A DNA stretch of 64,000 nucleotides from an uncultured Alphaproteobacteria bacterium (GCA_938083135.1 CALLKY010000002.1:16097-80096); one strand, 5' to 3'. Positions 1-10,427 are shown, counted from the stretch's first letter. Made by a program: numbers and translations. The notes: generated by a model from the sequence alone, not told the origin.

Positions 1-2
1 CC

Positions 3-239
3 GTGCGTGGCTTGGAGGCCGCAGGGATTATGGAATCATCGCGGTCTCCCGGTGACAAGCGCGTGCTTGAACTCCATCTGACGCCCAGTGGAGAAGAGAT
101 TTATCAGCGAACCTTCCCCAAAATGCAGAAGCGCCAGGCGGCATTGTTGGATGCCTTGGACCCGGCGGAGCAAGATGTAATTTTTGGCATTCTCGATAAA
201 CTTGAGGTCGCAGCCGAAAAAAGGACCCATATTGCATGA
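3..239 (+). CDS. MarR-family transcriptional regulator (C-terminal part; 5' end outside window)
   Basis: Wing motif SPGDKRVLELHLTPSG (DxR...LTxxG) followed by helical C-terminus; stop overlaps sulfatase start (ATGA). Confidence 0.8.
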   Translation: MRGLEAAGIMESSRSPGDKRVLELHLTPSGEEIYQRTFPKMQKRQAALLDALDPAEQDVIFGILDKLEVAAEKRTHIA

Positions 240-1666
240 CGCAGAACCTGCTGGTCATCATTTCAGACGAGCATCAAGCGCGCACACTGGGTTGTGCTGG
301 ACATCCGTTTGTTCAAACGCCCAATCTTGATGCACTTGCCGCTCGCGGCACGCGGTTCGAAAATGCCTATACGCCGTCACCAATTTGCGTGCCAGCTAGG
401 GCCAGTTTTGCGACAGGGCTGTATCCCCATCAGACGCGTCTTTGGGATAATGCGATGCCGTATGCCGGGCAGATTCCCGGCTGGGGCCATGTTCTGCAAG
501 GCGCGGGTGTGCCTGTTGAAAGCGTTGGAAAGTTACACTATCGCGCCGAGGAAGATCCCGCAGGGTTCGATGTCGAGCACATCCCCATGATGGTAGCGGG
601 CGGCGTCGGCATGGTCTGGGCGTCTATTCGCAAAGAGAATGAACGCGTTGAGATGCCAAGTCGCATGCTCGGCGAATATATCGGTCCTGGCGATAGCAAA
701 TACACAGAATATGACGCCGCCGTCGTCGAGCGGACAGAGGAATGGATTGGCGCTCGGGCTGGGACCAAGGATCCGTGGTGCTTGTATGTTGGACTTGTGG
801 CACCGCATTTTCCATTGGTCGTCGCGCAGGAATTCTATGATTTGTATCCGCCAAGCACTTTGCCGCCTGTGAAACTACATCCGGATGACGGCTACAAGCG
901 TCATCCTTGGGTCGAGAAGCAGAACGCCTTTGCTAATAGCGAGGCAAAATTCCATGACGCAAAAGAACGGTTGGCGGCAATGTCGGCCTATTACGGGCTT
1001 TGTACATCGTTAGACCACAATATTGGCCGGATCATGGACGCACTCGGCGCGGCTGGCTTGGCTGATGATACAACGGTGATCTACGCGTCTGACCATGGCG
1101 ATAATCTTGGGGCGCGTGGCCTTTGGGGCAAGTCCAATATGTATGAGGAATCGGCCGCAGTGCCGTTGATTGTTGCCCGCCCAGGGCAGGTGGCGTCTGT
1201 GTGCGCCACGCCGGTTAGCCTCCTCGATATCTCTGCCACGATCCCGGATCACTTCGGCCTAGCGTTTGAGAATGAAGGCCCTGGTAAATCACTGTATCAA
1301 ATAGCGGACGAGCCAACGGATAACGCGCGATCTGTGTTTAGTGAGTACCACGCCGCAGGCGCCGTGACCGGCGCATTCATGTTACGGCGTGGACAATGGA
1401 AGCTGATCCATTATGTCGGGTTCGAACCGGAATTGTTCGACCTATCGGATGACCCGGAAGAATTAGCGAACCTGGCACAAGACCCTGAATACAAGGCAGT
1501 GCTTGAGGATATGACCCAGGCGCTTCATGCAATCTGCGACCCGGAAGCCGTGGATGCACAGGCGCATCAGGATCAAGCGGAAATGATAATGGGCTATGGC
1601 GGCAGGGACGCCGCGTTGAAATTGGGTGCAAATGCAGCAACGCCGCCGCCGGAAATCAAACCTTGA
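236..1666 (+). CDS. Formylglycine-dependent sulfatase (choline-sulfatase-like), cytoplasmic
   Basis: N-terminal IISDEH, CxPxR motif SPICVPARAS, GKLH, SDHGD, WGKS; no signal peptide. Confidence 0.9.
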   Translation: MTQNLLVIISDEHQARTLGCAGHPFVQTPNLDALAARGTRFENAYTPSPICVPARASFATGLYPHQTRLWDNAMPYAGQIPGWGHVLQGAGVPVESVGKLHYRAEEDPAGFDVEHIPMMVAGGVGMVWASIRKENERVEMPSRMLGEYIGPGDSKYTEYDAAVVERTEEWIGARAGTKDPWCLYVGLVAPHFPLVVAQEFYDLYPPSTLPPVKLHPDDGYKRHPWVEKQNAFANSEAKFHDAKERLAAMSAYYGLCTSLDHNIGRIMDALGAAGLADDTTVIYASDHGDNLGARGLWGKSNMYEESAAVPLIVARPGQVASVCATPVSLLDISATIPDHFGLAFENEGPGKSLYQIADEPTDNARSVFSEYHAAGAVTGAFMLRRGQWKLIHYVGFEPELFDLSDDPEELANLAQDPEYKAVLEDMTQALHAICDPEAVDAQAHQDQAEMIMGYGGRDAALKLGANAATPPPEIKP

Positions 1667-1747
1667 GTGCTTGGTAAATAGCCAAACACCTGGCGCTGTG
1701 ATCACACTTCCGATTGCCTATACTGAATGGGTCAAAGGGAGGGGCAT

Positions 1748-2707
1748 ATGTTCACATTAACGCTCGACGATATTTCGACCATCGGCCAAGGCATGCAGCG
1801 CCCAGAATGCGTTCTGGCCACAAAATCCGGTGATCTGTTCTGCTCTGACAGTCGCGGTGGGTACAATATCGTGAAGCCTGATGGGCAAAGCCGCTTCATC
1901 AAAGCCATTGGCGCACCAGATAATTTCATGCCCAATGGCATCGCACTCATGCCAAATCGGGACGTTCTTGCGGCCAATCTGGCGGATAGCAGCGGGGTGT
2001 GGCGCATCAAGCCGGATGGTCAGGCCAGTCTATTTCTGGACCAGGCAGACGGCGTTCCACTGCCACCGGTCAATTTTGTCGGGTTAGACACTAAGGGCCG
2101 GATATGGATTTCGGTTTCGACATGCGCTGTGCCGCGCCACCCAGCGTTCAAGAAAGGCCCTGGCGATGGGTTTGTTGCTGTGTACGACCAGGGCGTTGCG
2201 CGGATTGTGACGGACGGAATTGCCTTTACGAATGAGGCGATCGTCGATCCGACGGGGGAATGGCTTTATGTCAATGAAACCACTGGGCAATCCACTGCCC
2301 GCTATGCCATCCGTGCTGATGCATCTCTTGGCCCGCGGGAGACGGTGGCGGATTACCCACCAGGCACATTCCCAGATGGCTTCACCTTCGACGCAGATGG
2401 CGGCATTCTGATCGTTAGCGTCGCGAGCAATCGGATTATCCACGTCGACAAGCATGGCAAGCAGAGCATCGTCATTGAGGACGCAGATACGGACGCGGTG
2501 GAGCGATTGAACGCAGCGTTCGAGCAAGGTGAGGCGGTGCGCGAGATGATTGAAATTGGCAGCAAACGTAAGCTTCGTAATATCGCCAGTATTGGGTTTG
2601 GCGGGCGGGACCTGCAAACCGTCTATATGGGCTCACTCTCCCACGATGGCATTTTCGCATTCCGGTCGCCGATTAAAGGCGCGCCGCTCATCCATTGGGG
2701 TTTTTGA
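1748..2707 (+). CDS. SMP-30/gluconolactonase/LRE family beta-propeller hydrolase
   Basis: RPEC, PNGIA, FTNE and FPDGFTFDADG motifs; SD GGAGGG before ATG 1748. Confidence 0.85.
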   Translation: MFTLTLDDISTIGQGMQRPECVLATKSGDLFCSDSRGGYNIVKPDGQSRFIKAIGAPDNFMPNGIALMPNRDVLAANLADSSGVWRIKPDGQASLFLDQADGVPLPPVNFVGLDTKGRIWISVSTCAVPRHPAFKKGPGDGFVAVYDQGVARIVTDGIAFTNEAIVDPTGEWLYVNETTGQSTARYAIRADASLGPRETVADYPPGTFPDGFTFDADGGILIVSVASNRIIHVDKHGKQSIVIEDADTDAVERLNAAFEQGEAVREMIEIGSKRKLRNIASIGFGGRDLQTVYMGSLSHDGIFAFRSPIKGAPLIHWGF

Positions 2708-2710
2708 TCC

Positions 2711-3940
2711 ATGGCCAACATGCCGCCTAAGGCCAATGTGGGAGAAGTCCTGCTCAATCCACTGGCTAACCTAGATGCACCTTATGGCGCTGCTAAAGCG
2801 GCAATCCTGAGCGATGCCGCGTTCGAGCAAGCACATGCGACGATATCGGCTTGGCCGGGCTACGCGCCAACGCCTCTATATGAGCTGAATGCCATGGCTG
2901 AAGCTGCTGGTGTCGCTGCTATCCATTATAAGGACGAAGGTGGGCGGTTTGGTCTTGGCAGCTTCAAGGCGCTTGGCGGTGCCTATGCTGTCGCACGATT
3001 GCTGTCACGGGAGATTGCGCGACGTGGGGGCGGGAATGAGCCGTCTATAGAAGCAATCCTTAGCGGCCAACATGCGGCCGTGATTTCTGAAATCACAGTC
3101 TGTTGCGCGACGGACGGCAATCATGGCCGCTCGGTCGCCTGGGGGGCTCGGACATTTGGCTGCGCCTGCGAAATATTCATTCACGCGACCGTAAGCGACG
3201 GGCGCAAGGCTGCCATTGAAGCTTATGGCGCGCGGGTAACGCGGACAGCTGGAAATTATGATGACAGCGTGCGGGAGGCCCAGGAAACGGCGGCCCGCGA
3301 AGGCTGGTTCGTTGTCTCCGATACGTCATACCCCGGATATACAGACGTGCCCAAGGACGTCATGCAAGGCTATGAATTGATGGCCGCAGAGGCGCTGGAC
3401 CAGATGAGTGCGCCGCCGACACATATCTTCCTGCAAACGGGTGTTGGCGGCATGGCGGCTGCGATTGCTGCTTTCTTTAAGCGCCGCTTTGGGAGCAAGC
3501 GCCCGCTGATGATCCTGGCGGACCCTGATCAATCAGCCTGCTGGGTTGAAAGCATCCGCAATGGTGCGCCAACAGCCGTTCATGGAGACTTGGATACGCT
3601 TATGGCTGGCTTGGCCTGTGGGGAGATATCACTGCTCGCCTGGGATATTCTCAAAGACACTGCAGATGCGGTGATCGCTGTGTCCGATGATCAGGCTGTC
3701 GCAATGATGCGTCAGCTGGCGGCACCAGAAGCTCCGGATCGCCCAATTGTTGCCGGGGAATCTGCAGTGGCAGGCTTGGCAGCGCTCATGCTGGCTGCAG
3801 GCGACCCGAGTGCGCGGGACGATCTTAAGCTAGGCCCGGATGCCCGCGTACTCGTAATCGGCACTGAGAGCGACACGGACCCTGGCCTTTATGAAGACTT
3901 GGTCGGGCGCTCTGGCGATGCAGTTCGCGCTTCTGCCTAA
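2711..3940 (+). CDS. dpaL: Diaminopropionate ammonia-lyase (PLP fold II)
   Basis: YKDEGGRFGLGSFKALGG PLP-lysine motif, ATDGNHGR, VVSDTSYPGY, MAGLACGE, GESAVAG. Confidence 0.9.
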   Translation: MANMPPKANVGEVLLNPLANLDAPYGAAKAAILSDAAFEQAHATISAWPGYAPTPLYELNAMAEAAGVAAIHYKDEGGRFGLGSFKALGGAYAVARLLSREIARRGGGNEPSIEAILSGQHAAVISEITVCCATDGNHGRSVAWGARTFGCACEIFIHATVSDGRKAAIEAYGARVTRTAGNYDDSVREAQETAAREGWFVVSDTSYPGYTDVPKDVMQGYELMAAEALDQMSAPPTHIFLQTGVGGMAAAIAAFFKRRFGSKRPLMILADPDQSACWVESIRNGAPTAVHGDLDTLMAGLACGEISLLAWDILKDTADAVIAVSDDQAVAMMRQLAAPEAPDRPIVAGESAVAGLAALMLAAGDPSARDDLKLGPDARVLVIGTESDTDPGLYEDLVGRSGDAVRASA

Positions 3941-3941
3941 T

Positions 3942-4505
3942 CTACAAAGCCGCAACAAGGCGTTCTGCAAGGCCTTTCAGCATCCCAGCGGCTTTCTCAT
4001 CTTTGAGGGTGCCATCATCATTAAACGCCTGAAATGCGCCAGGCAGTGTCGCGAACCCAGGGACTGCGACTGCGCCAAGTTCGGCCAAGGCATCGCGTAG
4101 CCGCGGGATCACGCGAACGCCACCAAGCCCACCGGGAGACGCAGCTGCAATGGCGACGGGCTTGTTCGCATAGGCAGCGCATGAGATTTCATCGTTCTCT
4201 GGCCGAGACGTCCAGGCGAAGGTATTCACCAGCAGTGGCGGCGCGCAACCATTATATTCTGGCGTCACGATAAGCATGCCATCATGGGCCGCAATGAGTG
4301 CCTTTAAGTCCTGCATGGGCTTCGGCAGGCCTTCTGATGTTTCAATATCGCCGTCGTAAACGGGTGCTGGGAAGTCCGCCAGATCAATTAAGGTAACCGT
4401 GGCACCAGCGGTCTTGGCCGCTTCTGCTGCAACCGAAGCAAACTTCTTATTGACTGACCCTTTGCGGGCGCTACCAGCGAACACGAGTACTTTTTTAGCG
4501 GACAT
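3942..4505 (-). CDS. NADPH-dependent FMN reductase (flavodoxin-like)
   Basis: FAGSARKGSVN, TPEYNG, ASPGGLGG motifs. Confidence 0.92.
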   Translation of the reverse strand: MSAKKVLVFAGSARKGSVNKKFASVAAEAAKTAGATVTLIDLADFPAPVYDGDIETSEGLPKPMQDLKALIAAHDGMLIVTPEYNGCAPPLLVNTFAWTSRPENDEISCAAYANKPVAIAAASPGGLGGVRVIPRLRDALAELGAVAVPGFATLPGAFQAFNDDGTLKDEKAAGMLKGLAERLVAAL

Positions 4506-4702
4506 TCAATTTCCCTCAATTGCCGAATTGGCTCTCTGCATAAGATCGTCCCGGCACCCGATTTGGCAAGTCCCGACTTGCAGGCGATTTGATGAATAGT
4601 CTATCGCCAGTGACGCCGGTTGATCAGCCCAGTAGGATTAGGCAATCGATGTGATGCCCCACAACGATTCACGTCCGTGACCGAATTGCCCAGGAGGCCC
4701 AA

Positions 4703-5419
4703 TTGATCGACCTTGAACGCCAAGATGACGTCTTTGTCCTGACGATGAACGCTGGCGAAAACCGTTGGACAACGAGCTTCGTCCGTGCCTTCGACGCCCA
4801 GTTGGATGAAGTGTTGGCTTCTGACGGCCCTGCTGCATTGGTTACGACATCTGCAGACGCCAAGTTCTTCTCCAACGGCTTAGACGTTGATTGGCGCAAA
4901 GCTGAAGGTGATGGTGAGGGCGGAGATAAGTCCGTGTTTGGGGTCGAGTTCATGGCGCTGATGGCGCGCATGATCACGTTGCCTATCCCAACAGTCGCCG
5001 CCGTCAACGGTCACGCATTTGGGGCTGGGTTCATGTTGGCGCTTTGCCACGATATGCGGGTAATGCGCGCGGATCGGGGATTTATCTGCGCCAATGAGAT
5101 CCAGATCGGCCTGAGAATACCTGATGAAGAATTCGCGCTCTTCCGGCACAAAATGTCGGGCAGTGCGTTCTTTGATACGATCCAGCTTGCACGCCGCTGG
5201 ACGGGACCAGAAGCCGAAGCTGCGGGGTTCGTTCGGGCGACAGCATCGCAGGATCAATTGCTCGATCTTGCAATCAAGCATGCCGGGCAGCTAGCGCCGC
5301 TTGGGGCCAACCGGGCGCTGTATGAAGACTCAAAGGAACGCATCTTTGGCGAAGCGCCGTCGATCAATAGGGCATCTGGTGCTGCGCATCTGCTCCGCAA
5401 TTTCAAAGGCCACGCATGA
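4703..5419 (+). CDS. Enoyl-CoA hydratase/isomerase (delta3,delta2-isomerase-like)
   Basis: KFFSNGLD, AVNGHAFGAG, ANEIQIGL; AGGAGG before TTG start. Confidence 0.85.
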   Translation: MIDLERQDDVFVLTMNAGENRWTTSFVRAFDAQLDEVLASDGPAALVTTSADAKFFSNGLDVDWRKAEGDGEGGDKSVFGVEFMALMARMITLPIPTVAAVNGHAFGAGFMLALCHDMRVMRADRGFICANEIQIGLRIPDEEFALFRHKMSGSAFFDTIQLARRWTGPEAEAAGFVRATASQDQLLDLAIKHAGQLAPLGANRALYEDSKERIFGEAPSINRASGAAHLLRNFKGHA

Positions 5420-5432
5420 TGGATTCAGGCTT

Positions 5433-5747
5433 ATGAGCTTTAGAAGCATTATCCGATTTCAAGTGAAGCCGGGCATGGGTGCTGCCTTTGAGGCTGCGTT
5501 CGCCCAATGCCAGATGCTGGATCGCCCCTCTACAATTGAAGGGTTTGTCATGGCGGAATTGGTGCGCTGCGTTACAGAACCGCTTGAATATCACGTGATC
5601 GGTGAGTGGGCGACGGAGCAAGCCTATGCGGATTGGCAGGCTATCTCGCATGAAGGGGCTGATCCTGCGGCAGTCGAGGCACTGAATGCGACGCTGGCAC
5701 ATTGGGCACCGGGCCGGTTGTTTGCGCCCGTCGCACGGTCCGCTTAG
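5433..5747 (+). CDS. Antibiotic biosynthesis monooxygenase (ABM) family protein
   Basis: 104 aa with RFQVKPG..AFE, GF...ELVR, Y.VIGEW...AY..W pattern; start moved to ATG 5433 to avoid overlap. Confidence 0.75.
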   Translation: MSFRSIIRFQVKPGMGAAFEAAFAQCQMLDRPSTIEGFVMAELVRCVTEPLEYHVIGEWATEQAYADWQAISHEGADPAAVEALNATLAHWAPGRLFAPVARSA

Positions 5748-6721
5748 GGAATTAGGACCAGCGCGCCACCGCCCGTTCGACCTTCCAGAATATCGTGTGC
5801 CTTGGATGCATCTGCGAGCGGCAGAGGCATCGGCGTATCGGGCTTTAGAATACCTGTCCCGAGCATATCAAAGACCGTTTGAGCCATGCTTTGATATTGT
5901 GCAGGATCGGCCATGTAGTGGAACAGGATGGGCCGCGAAACGGTCAATGAATTGGCTGCAAGAGTCGTCATCGCCAGCGGTTCAACGGGGCCGGAGGATT
6001 GGCCGTAGTTTACCAGATGACCGCAGGGGACCAAGCATTCTAGCGAGCTCGAGAATGTGTCTGCGCCGACGGAATCATAAGCCACATCAACGCCACGCCC
6101 CTTGGTTATTTCCATCACGGCCGCTTTGAATTCAGTCTCGCGGTACAGGATTGTGTGGGCGCAGCCGGATGCCTTCGCCGCTGCTGCCTTATCCTCAGAA
6201 CCAACTGTGCCGATGACTGTTGCGCCGATATGGGCGGTCCATTGGCAGAGTAAGCGCCCAACGCCGCCAGCTGCAGCATGCACCAGGATGGTCATCCCCG
6301 CTTCAATACGGTGAACGCGGCCTACCAGCATCTCAACAGTGAGCGCGCGCAGAAGCGTGGTTCCTGCCAGGAGGTCGCTGACGATATCTGGCAGCTTTAG
6401 CGCTTGAATGGCTGGGAGGAGCCGTTCGGAGGCATAGGCCCCATAGGTGCTCGTCACATAAGCCACGCGATCCCCAATTTGGAAATCATTGACACCGGGT
6501 CCGATAGCGACAATTTCACCCGCCGCCTCGCACCCAGGCACACCAGGAAGTGCCAGGGTCTTATAGAGGCCAGAGCGCACATAGACATCATGGTAATTCA
6601 CGCCAATTGCTGTCTGCCGAATGCGAAGTTCGCCAGGGCCGGGCGCGCCTATCTCCACTGTTACAGCTTTGAGTACGCTGGAAGGGCCATATTCGCGAAC
6701 GGTAATAGCTTCAGCCATCAT
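5744..6721 (-). CDS. NADPH:quinone oxidoreductase (zeta-crystallin/Qor, MDR family)
   Basis: AIGVNYHDVYVRSGLY, PGCEAAG, HAAAGGVG, YGQSSG; start 6721 or 6718 just downstream of the TauD gene. Confidence 0.9.
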   Translation of the reverse strand: MMAEAITVREYGPSSVLKAVTVEIGAPGPGELRIRQTAIGVNYHDVYVRSGLYKTLALPGVPGCEAAGEIVAIGPGVNDFQIGDRVAYVTSTYGAYASERLLPAIQALKLPDIVSDLLAGTTLLRALTVEMLVGRVHRIEAGMTILVHAAAGGVGRLLCQWTAHIGATVIGTVGSEDKAAAAKASGCAHTILYRETEFKAAVMEITKGRGVDVAYDSVGADTFSSSLECLVPCGHLVNYGQSSGPVEPLAMTTLAANSLTVSRPILFHYMADPAQYQSMAQTVFDMLGTGILKPDTPMPLPLADASKAHDILEGRTGGGALVLIP

Positions 6722-6731
6722 GGTCTCCCGA

Positions 6732-7778
6732 TCAGGTAACAGCGATGCCGCCGCGACGGGCACCAGCCGCGATATTCTTCCAAAGGACAGCATGATCTGC
6801 TGGCAATGCCCGGCTATTTGGCATGGTGAGCCAGAGCCGATGGAGCAAGCGGGCCTGGCCGGATGCAGCATCATCCTCAAAGGCCGCGCGGGCATGATAG
6901 GTGATATGGCTGTTGATCAGTTGGATATCCCCCGGTTTCAGCATCATGGCGTGGGCAAGGTCTGCGGCGGTTTCGGCCAGCAGGTCCAGCGCCTCCCATT
7001 GGGCATCTGTCATGCGCGGTGTTTCCGGCATCAGCTGCGCTGCTTCCACATAGGTTCTGGAATAATGGCTGGTGAGTTTGCCGTCCTCAACGCCGAACAC
7101 GGGCAGCCGATAAACTTCATCACCGCCGCCTACTTCTTCGCCAAGGCGAGAGCGGTAGATTGGCTGATACAACAGATCAAGTAAGTCCGGCCGACGCTTC
7201 AGGATCGCGTTGTGGACGGCGGCCGTGCTGGCGACATTGCTCTCACCGCCAGACGCTGATCGTTGTGCCATGAGCAATCCCACAACGTCCGTTCTGTCCG
7301 TGTGGTAGCGCAATAAGCCGTTGCTGTAGGTTCGTGCTTTGGAGGAGAGGAACTCGCCGCCGCTCGCGTCCTCCATGCGCTCGTGCTTAGCGCCGAGGTC
7401 GCCTGGCTGCGCCTGGATATCGCGCATCATCTGGCCGGTGTTATCTTGGGGGACTGGCAGGCCGATCCAATGACCCAGGCCCATCCAGATCATGCGCCGG
7501 TCATCTTCCGAATAACGATCTATGGGCAAGCCTTCCAGCAGGACAAAGCCACGACCGTTTTCTAATTCATCGGCAGCGCGCGCAAGCTTTGCGGCGACAG
7601 CTTGCAGGGGGAAAGTGTCCCGCGTCACAGCAAGCCAGCCCGCGCCATCCGCTTTAGCAACACTAAGGGCAGCATCTATTTCAGCAAGTTCATCTTTTGC
7701 CCAAGGCCAGCGCCAGCTTTGGTCTACCTCCAGGTCAGCGCCGGTCCATACGGATGGGCCTTCAAATGGCTTGTACAT
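6732..7778 (-). CDS. TauD/TfdA family Fe(II)/2-oxoglutarate dioxygenase
   Basis: HTD...H(TYHAR)...R(RLW) facial triad and 2OG-binding Arg; GRGFVLL motif. Confidence 0.88.
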   Translation of the reverse strand: MYKPFEGPSVWTGADLEVDQSWRWPWAKDELAEIDAALSVAKADGAGWLAVTRDTFPLQAVAAKLARAADELENGRGFVLLEGLPIDRYSEDDRRMIWMGLGHWIGLPVPQDNTGQMMRDIQAQPGDLGAKHERMEDASGGEFLSSKARTYSNGLLRYHTDRTDVVGLLMAQRSASGGESNVASTAAVHNAILKRRPDLLDLLYQPIYRSRLGEEVGGGDEVYRLPVFGVEDGKLTSHYSRTYVEAAQLMPETPRMTDAQWEALDLLAETAADLAHAMMLKPGDIQLINSHITYHARAAFEDDAASGQARLLHRLWLTMPNSRALPADHAVLWKNIAAGARRGGIAVT

Positions 7779-7796
7779 GGCGCTTCTCCGGCGTGT

Positions 7797-8816
7797 TTAT
7801 GTGGATTGCACGGCAGTCCGGCGTGCTTTCATCCGCTCGCGCATCTGCTTCTGCGCGGCGTCAGTGCCGTCGTGGAAAGTGCCGAAAACCCTGTCCAGTG
7901 GGAGGAGGCTGCCGCCGTAATTGCACTCAAAATTCTTGTGATGCAGGTAGTGGAAGTGCGACCCACCATCTATTTCCAGCGTGTCACCGACCTGCAGCTT
8001 GTCATAGCCTGAATGGGATAGGGCGGGCAGAAAGGCTGCTAGGTGCAATTGATACAGCGCGTTCAACGGATGCAACGCCAGCACCCACGGCACGAGGATG
8101 GTCGAGAAATATATGAGATGCTCTATCGGATGCATCGCAAGGCCAGACCAAGGCCCCACATCAACATTCTTGTGATGCACAGAATGGACTGTCTTGTAGA
8201 GCCAGCGGACATGCAGCAGCCGATGGCCAAGATAAAAATGTACCGCATGAATGAACGGTGCCAGCAAAACCATCAGCGCAAACCAACCCCAAAACAGGGC
8301 CTGATTGGCACCAAAATCGAACAGGCCCAAATATCCATTGGCGAACAACCAATATGTGGCGACCTCATAGGCCGTAATGATCGGCACGGAGGAGGCCAGG
8401 GTGCGGACCATGTTGTCCAACACCTGATCCTTGAACAGAAACCGCCTGGAACCCTTGGCGAAAGGTCGTGTGGTGTAGCGCAGGTCATCCTGTTGTCGCC
8501 GGAAGACGTAGAAATACAAATGCATGCCGCCAAAGCAGGCCAGGATCAGCGCCGCGTTTCTGGCGAAAATTAGCGCTATCCACGAAACTTCCAGCGTCTG
8601 CATTTGTACTAGGCTTGGCGTTAGCCAGGTCCAGGTGACAACGGCCACCAGTAGCCAGAATGCATTATACGGCCAAAGAAACCCTGGGAACCGGAACGCC
8701 CACTTCGCTACCTTTTTGGGCGCTGGTGGCCATGCATTGATCGGGGCGAGCTCTATGGCACCATCTGGCCGCCATTCGCCAGCGGCGTTCCGCTCGTCCG
8801 TTGATGATCCGGCCAT
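7797..8816 (-). CDS. Sterol desaturase / fatty-acid hydroxylase superfamily membrane protein
   Basis: His boxes HFYLGHRLLH, HSVHH, HYLHH, NYG...DRVFGT; several TM segments. Confidence 0.9.
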   Translation of the reverse strand: MAGSSTDERNAAGEWRPDGAIELAPINAWPPAPKKVAKWAFRFPGFLWPYNAFWLLVAVVTWTWLTPSLVQMQTLEVSWIALIFARNAALILACFGGMHLYFYVFRRQQDDLRYTTRPFAKGSRRFLFKDQVLDNMVRTLASSVPIITAYEVATYWLFANGYLGLFDFGANQALFWGWFALMVLLAPFIHAVHFYLGHRLLHVRWLYKTVHSVHHKNVDVGPWSGLAMHPIEHLIYFSTILVPWVLALHPLNALYQLHLAAFLPALSHSGYDKLQVGDTLEIDGGSHFHYLHHKNFECNYGGSLLPLDRVFGTFHDGTDAAQKQMRERMKARRTAVQST

Positions 8817-8940
8817 TTTGCGGCTCCATCCTGTGTGGGTCGAGTTTAGCGCCCTGACGTTCTGGGCTGCAACAGACTGGCGCGCTGGATAGATGTTTGG
8901 CTAAGCTTTCGGCCATTCCCTCAATGGTAGGACGATCAAC

Positions 8941-9660
8941 ATGACTGAATACGCCCTCGTCACTGGCGCATCCCGCAATATTGGCCGTGCGATTGCGGCC
9001 CGCCTCAAAGCCGATGGATACAGCGTGATTATGCTGGATGTTATGGACCCGGAAGATCCATCTTTAGGTGAATTCCGCCGTGTTGATCTGAGCAATGTCG
9101 CTGATACCGCTCAAGCGATGGCATGGGTGCTGGATAATCGCGAGGTCACCCGCGTTGTGAACTGCGCCGGGATCGTAACGACCCATCCGGTTGAGGAGGT
9201 TGAAGCGGATACATTCGACCAGCTGATGGCCGTGAATGTGCGATCCTATATCGAAGTTATGAAAGCGCTGGTGCCGGGCATGAAAAAAGCCGGGTTCGGG
9301 CGGGTTGTGAACATTGCTAGTCGCTCATCCCTCGGCGCAGCGCAGCAGACGGTTTATGCGGCGTCCAAAGCTGCTGTAGTGGGCCTCACCAAAAGCTGGG
9401 CGGAGGAATTGGCGGCGGATGGCATTACCGTCAACGCTGTCGGGCCAGGGCCGATCGAGACGGACATGTTGAACAAAGTCTACGGCAAGGATTCACCCGC
9501 ATATAACGCGTATCGGGATCGTATTCCCGTACAGCGCTTCGGCACCGTGGATGATATCGCACACGGCGTCAGCTTCTTCATGGATGTGCGTTCAAGCTTC
9601 GTGACGGGGCAGGTGCTGTATATCTGCGGCGGCGTCACCATAGGGCGGGCGAACGCTTAA
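8941..9660 (+). CDS. SDR family oxidoreductase
   Basis: TGASRNIG, YAASK, NAVGPG. Confidence 0.92.
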   Translation: MTEYALVTGASRNIGRAIAARLKADGYSVIMLDVMDPEDPSLGEFRRVDLSNVADTAQAMAWVLDNREVTRVVNCAGIVTTHPVEEVEADTFDQLMAVNVRSYIEVMKALVPGMKKAGFGRVVNIASRSSLGAAQQTVYAASKAAVVGLTKSWAEELAADGITVNAVGPGPIETDMLNKVYGKDSPAYNAYRDRIPVQRFGTVDDIAHGVSFFMDVRSSFVTGQVLYICGGVTIGRANA

Positions 9661-10427
9661 TTCGCCATCCAACCGCCATCCACCATCAAGTTTTCGCCGG
9701 TGATGTAGCTGGCTTCGTCGCTTGCAAGAAAAAGAGCGGCGTTTGCGACATCGCTTGGCTTCCCAAGGCGTGGCCAAGGTGTGCGGGCATGAGAATATTC
9801 TATTGCTTTGGGAGCGATGGGCGCGCCGGTTTTGCCAGTTAGAATTTTGCCCGGAGCAACGGCGTTGCAGACGATGCCATGTTCTGCATAGTCGCCTGCG
9901 ATCTGCTTCGTCATGTAGACGACAGCTGATTTGCCAACACCATAAGCAAAGGCGTTTGGCGCACGGACCATGCCGTGCTGCGAAGACAGATTGACGATCC
10001 GGCCGCGAACTTCGTTCCTGATATCCTGCGTCAACATTTGTTGAACAGCGGCGCGGCATCCAAGAAACACGCCTTTCGCATTCACGCCGACGACGCGGTC
10101 CCAATCTTCCTCAGTCGTCTCATGCATAGGCTTCGGGCAGCGGGCGGCTGCATTGTTGACCATGATGTCCAATCTGCCAGCAATCGAGATTGCTTCAGCA
10201 ACGGCGGCCTCAAGGTCTGCTGATTGCATCACGTCACATTCGCGGAACGTCGCTTTGCCGCCCGCTTCGAGAATGGCGTCTACAGTTTTGGCACCGCCTT
10301 CCAGCGGATTATCAATTATGTCCGCCACGATGACATGCGCGCCTTCAGCCGCAAATCCCATGGCGATGGCTTTGCCAATGCCGGAGGCACCGCCGGTGAC
10401 GATAGCTGTTCGGTCTTGAAGCCGCAT
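9657..10427 (-). CDS. SDR family oxidoreductase
   Basis: TGGASGIG, NNAA, YGVGK. Confidence 0.92.
   Translation of the reverse strand: MRLQDRTAIVTGGASGIGKAIAMGFAAEGAHVIVADIIDNPLEGGAKTVDAILEAGGKATFRECDVMQSADLEAAVAEAISIAGRLDIMVNNAAARCPKPMHETTEEDWDRVVGVNAKGVFLGCRAAVQQMLTQDIRNEVRGRIVNLSSQHGMVRAPNAFAYGVGKSAVVYMTKQIAGDYAEHGIVCNAVAPGKILTGKTGAPIAPKAIEYSHARTPWPRLGKPSDVANAALFLASDEASYITGENLMVDGGWMAN

Noticed and set aside
236..1666. betC / choline-sulfate pathway assignment
   Set aside because: No betI, betB or choline transporter context; motifs give the family only.
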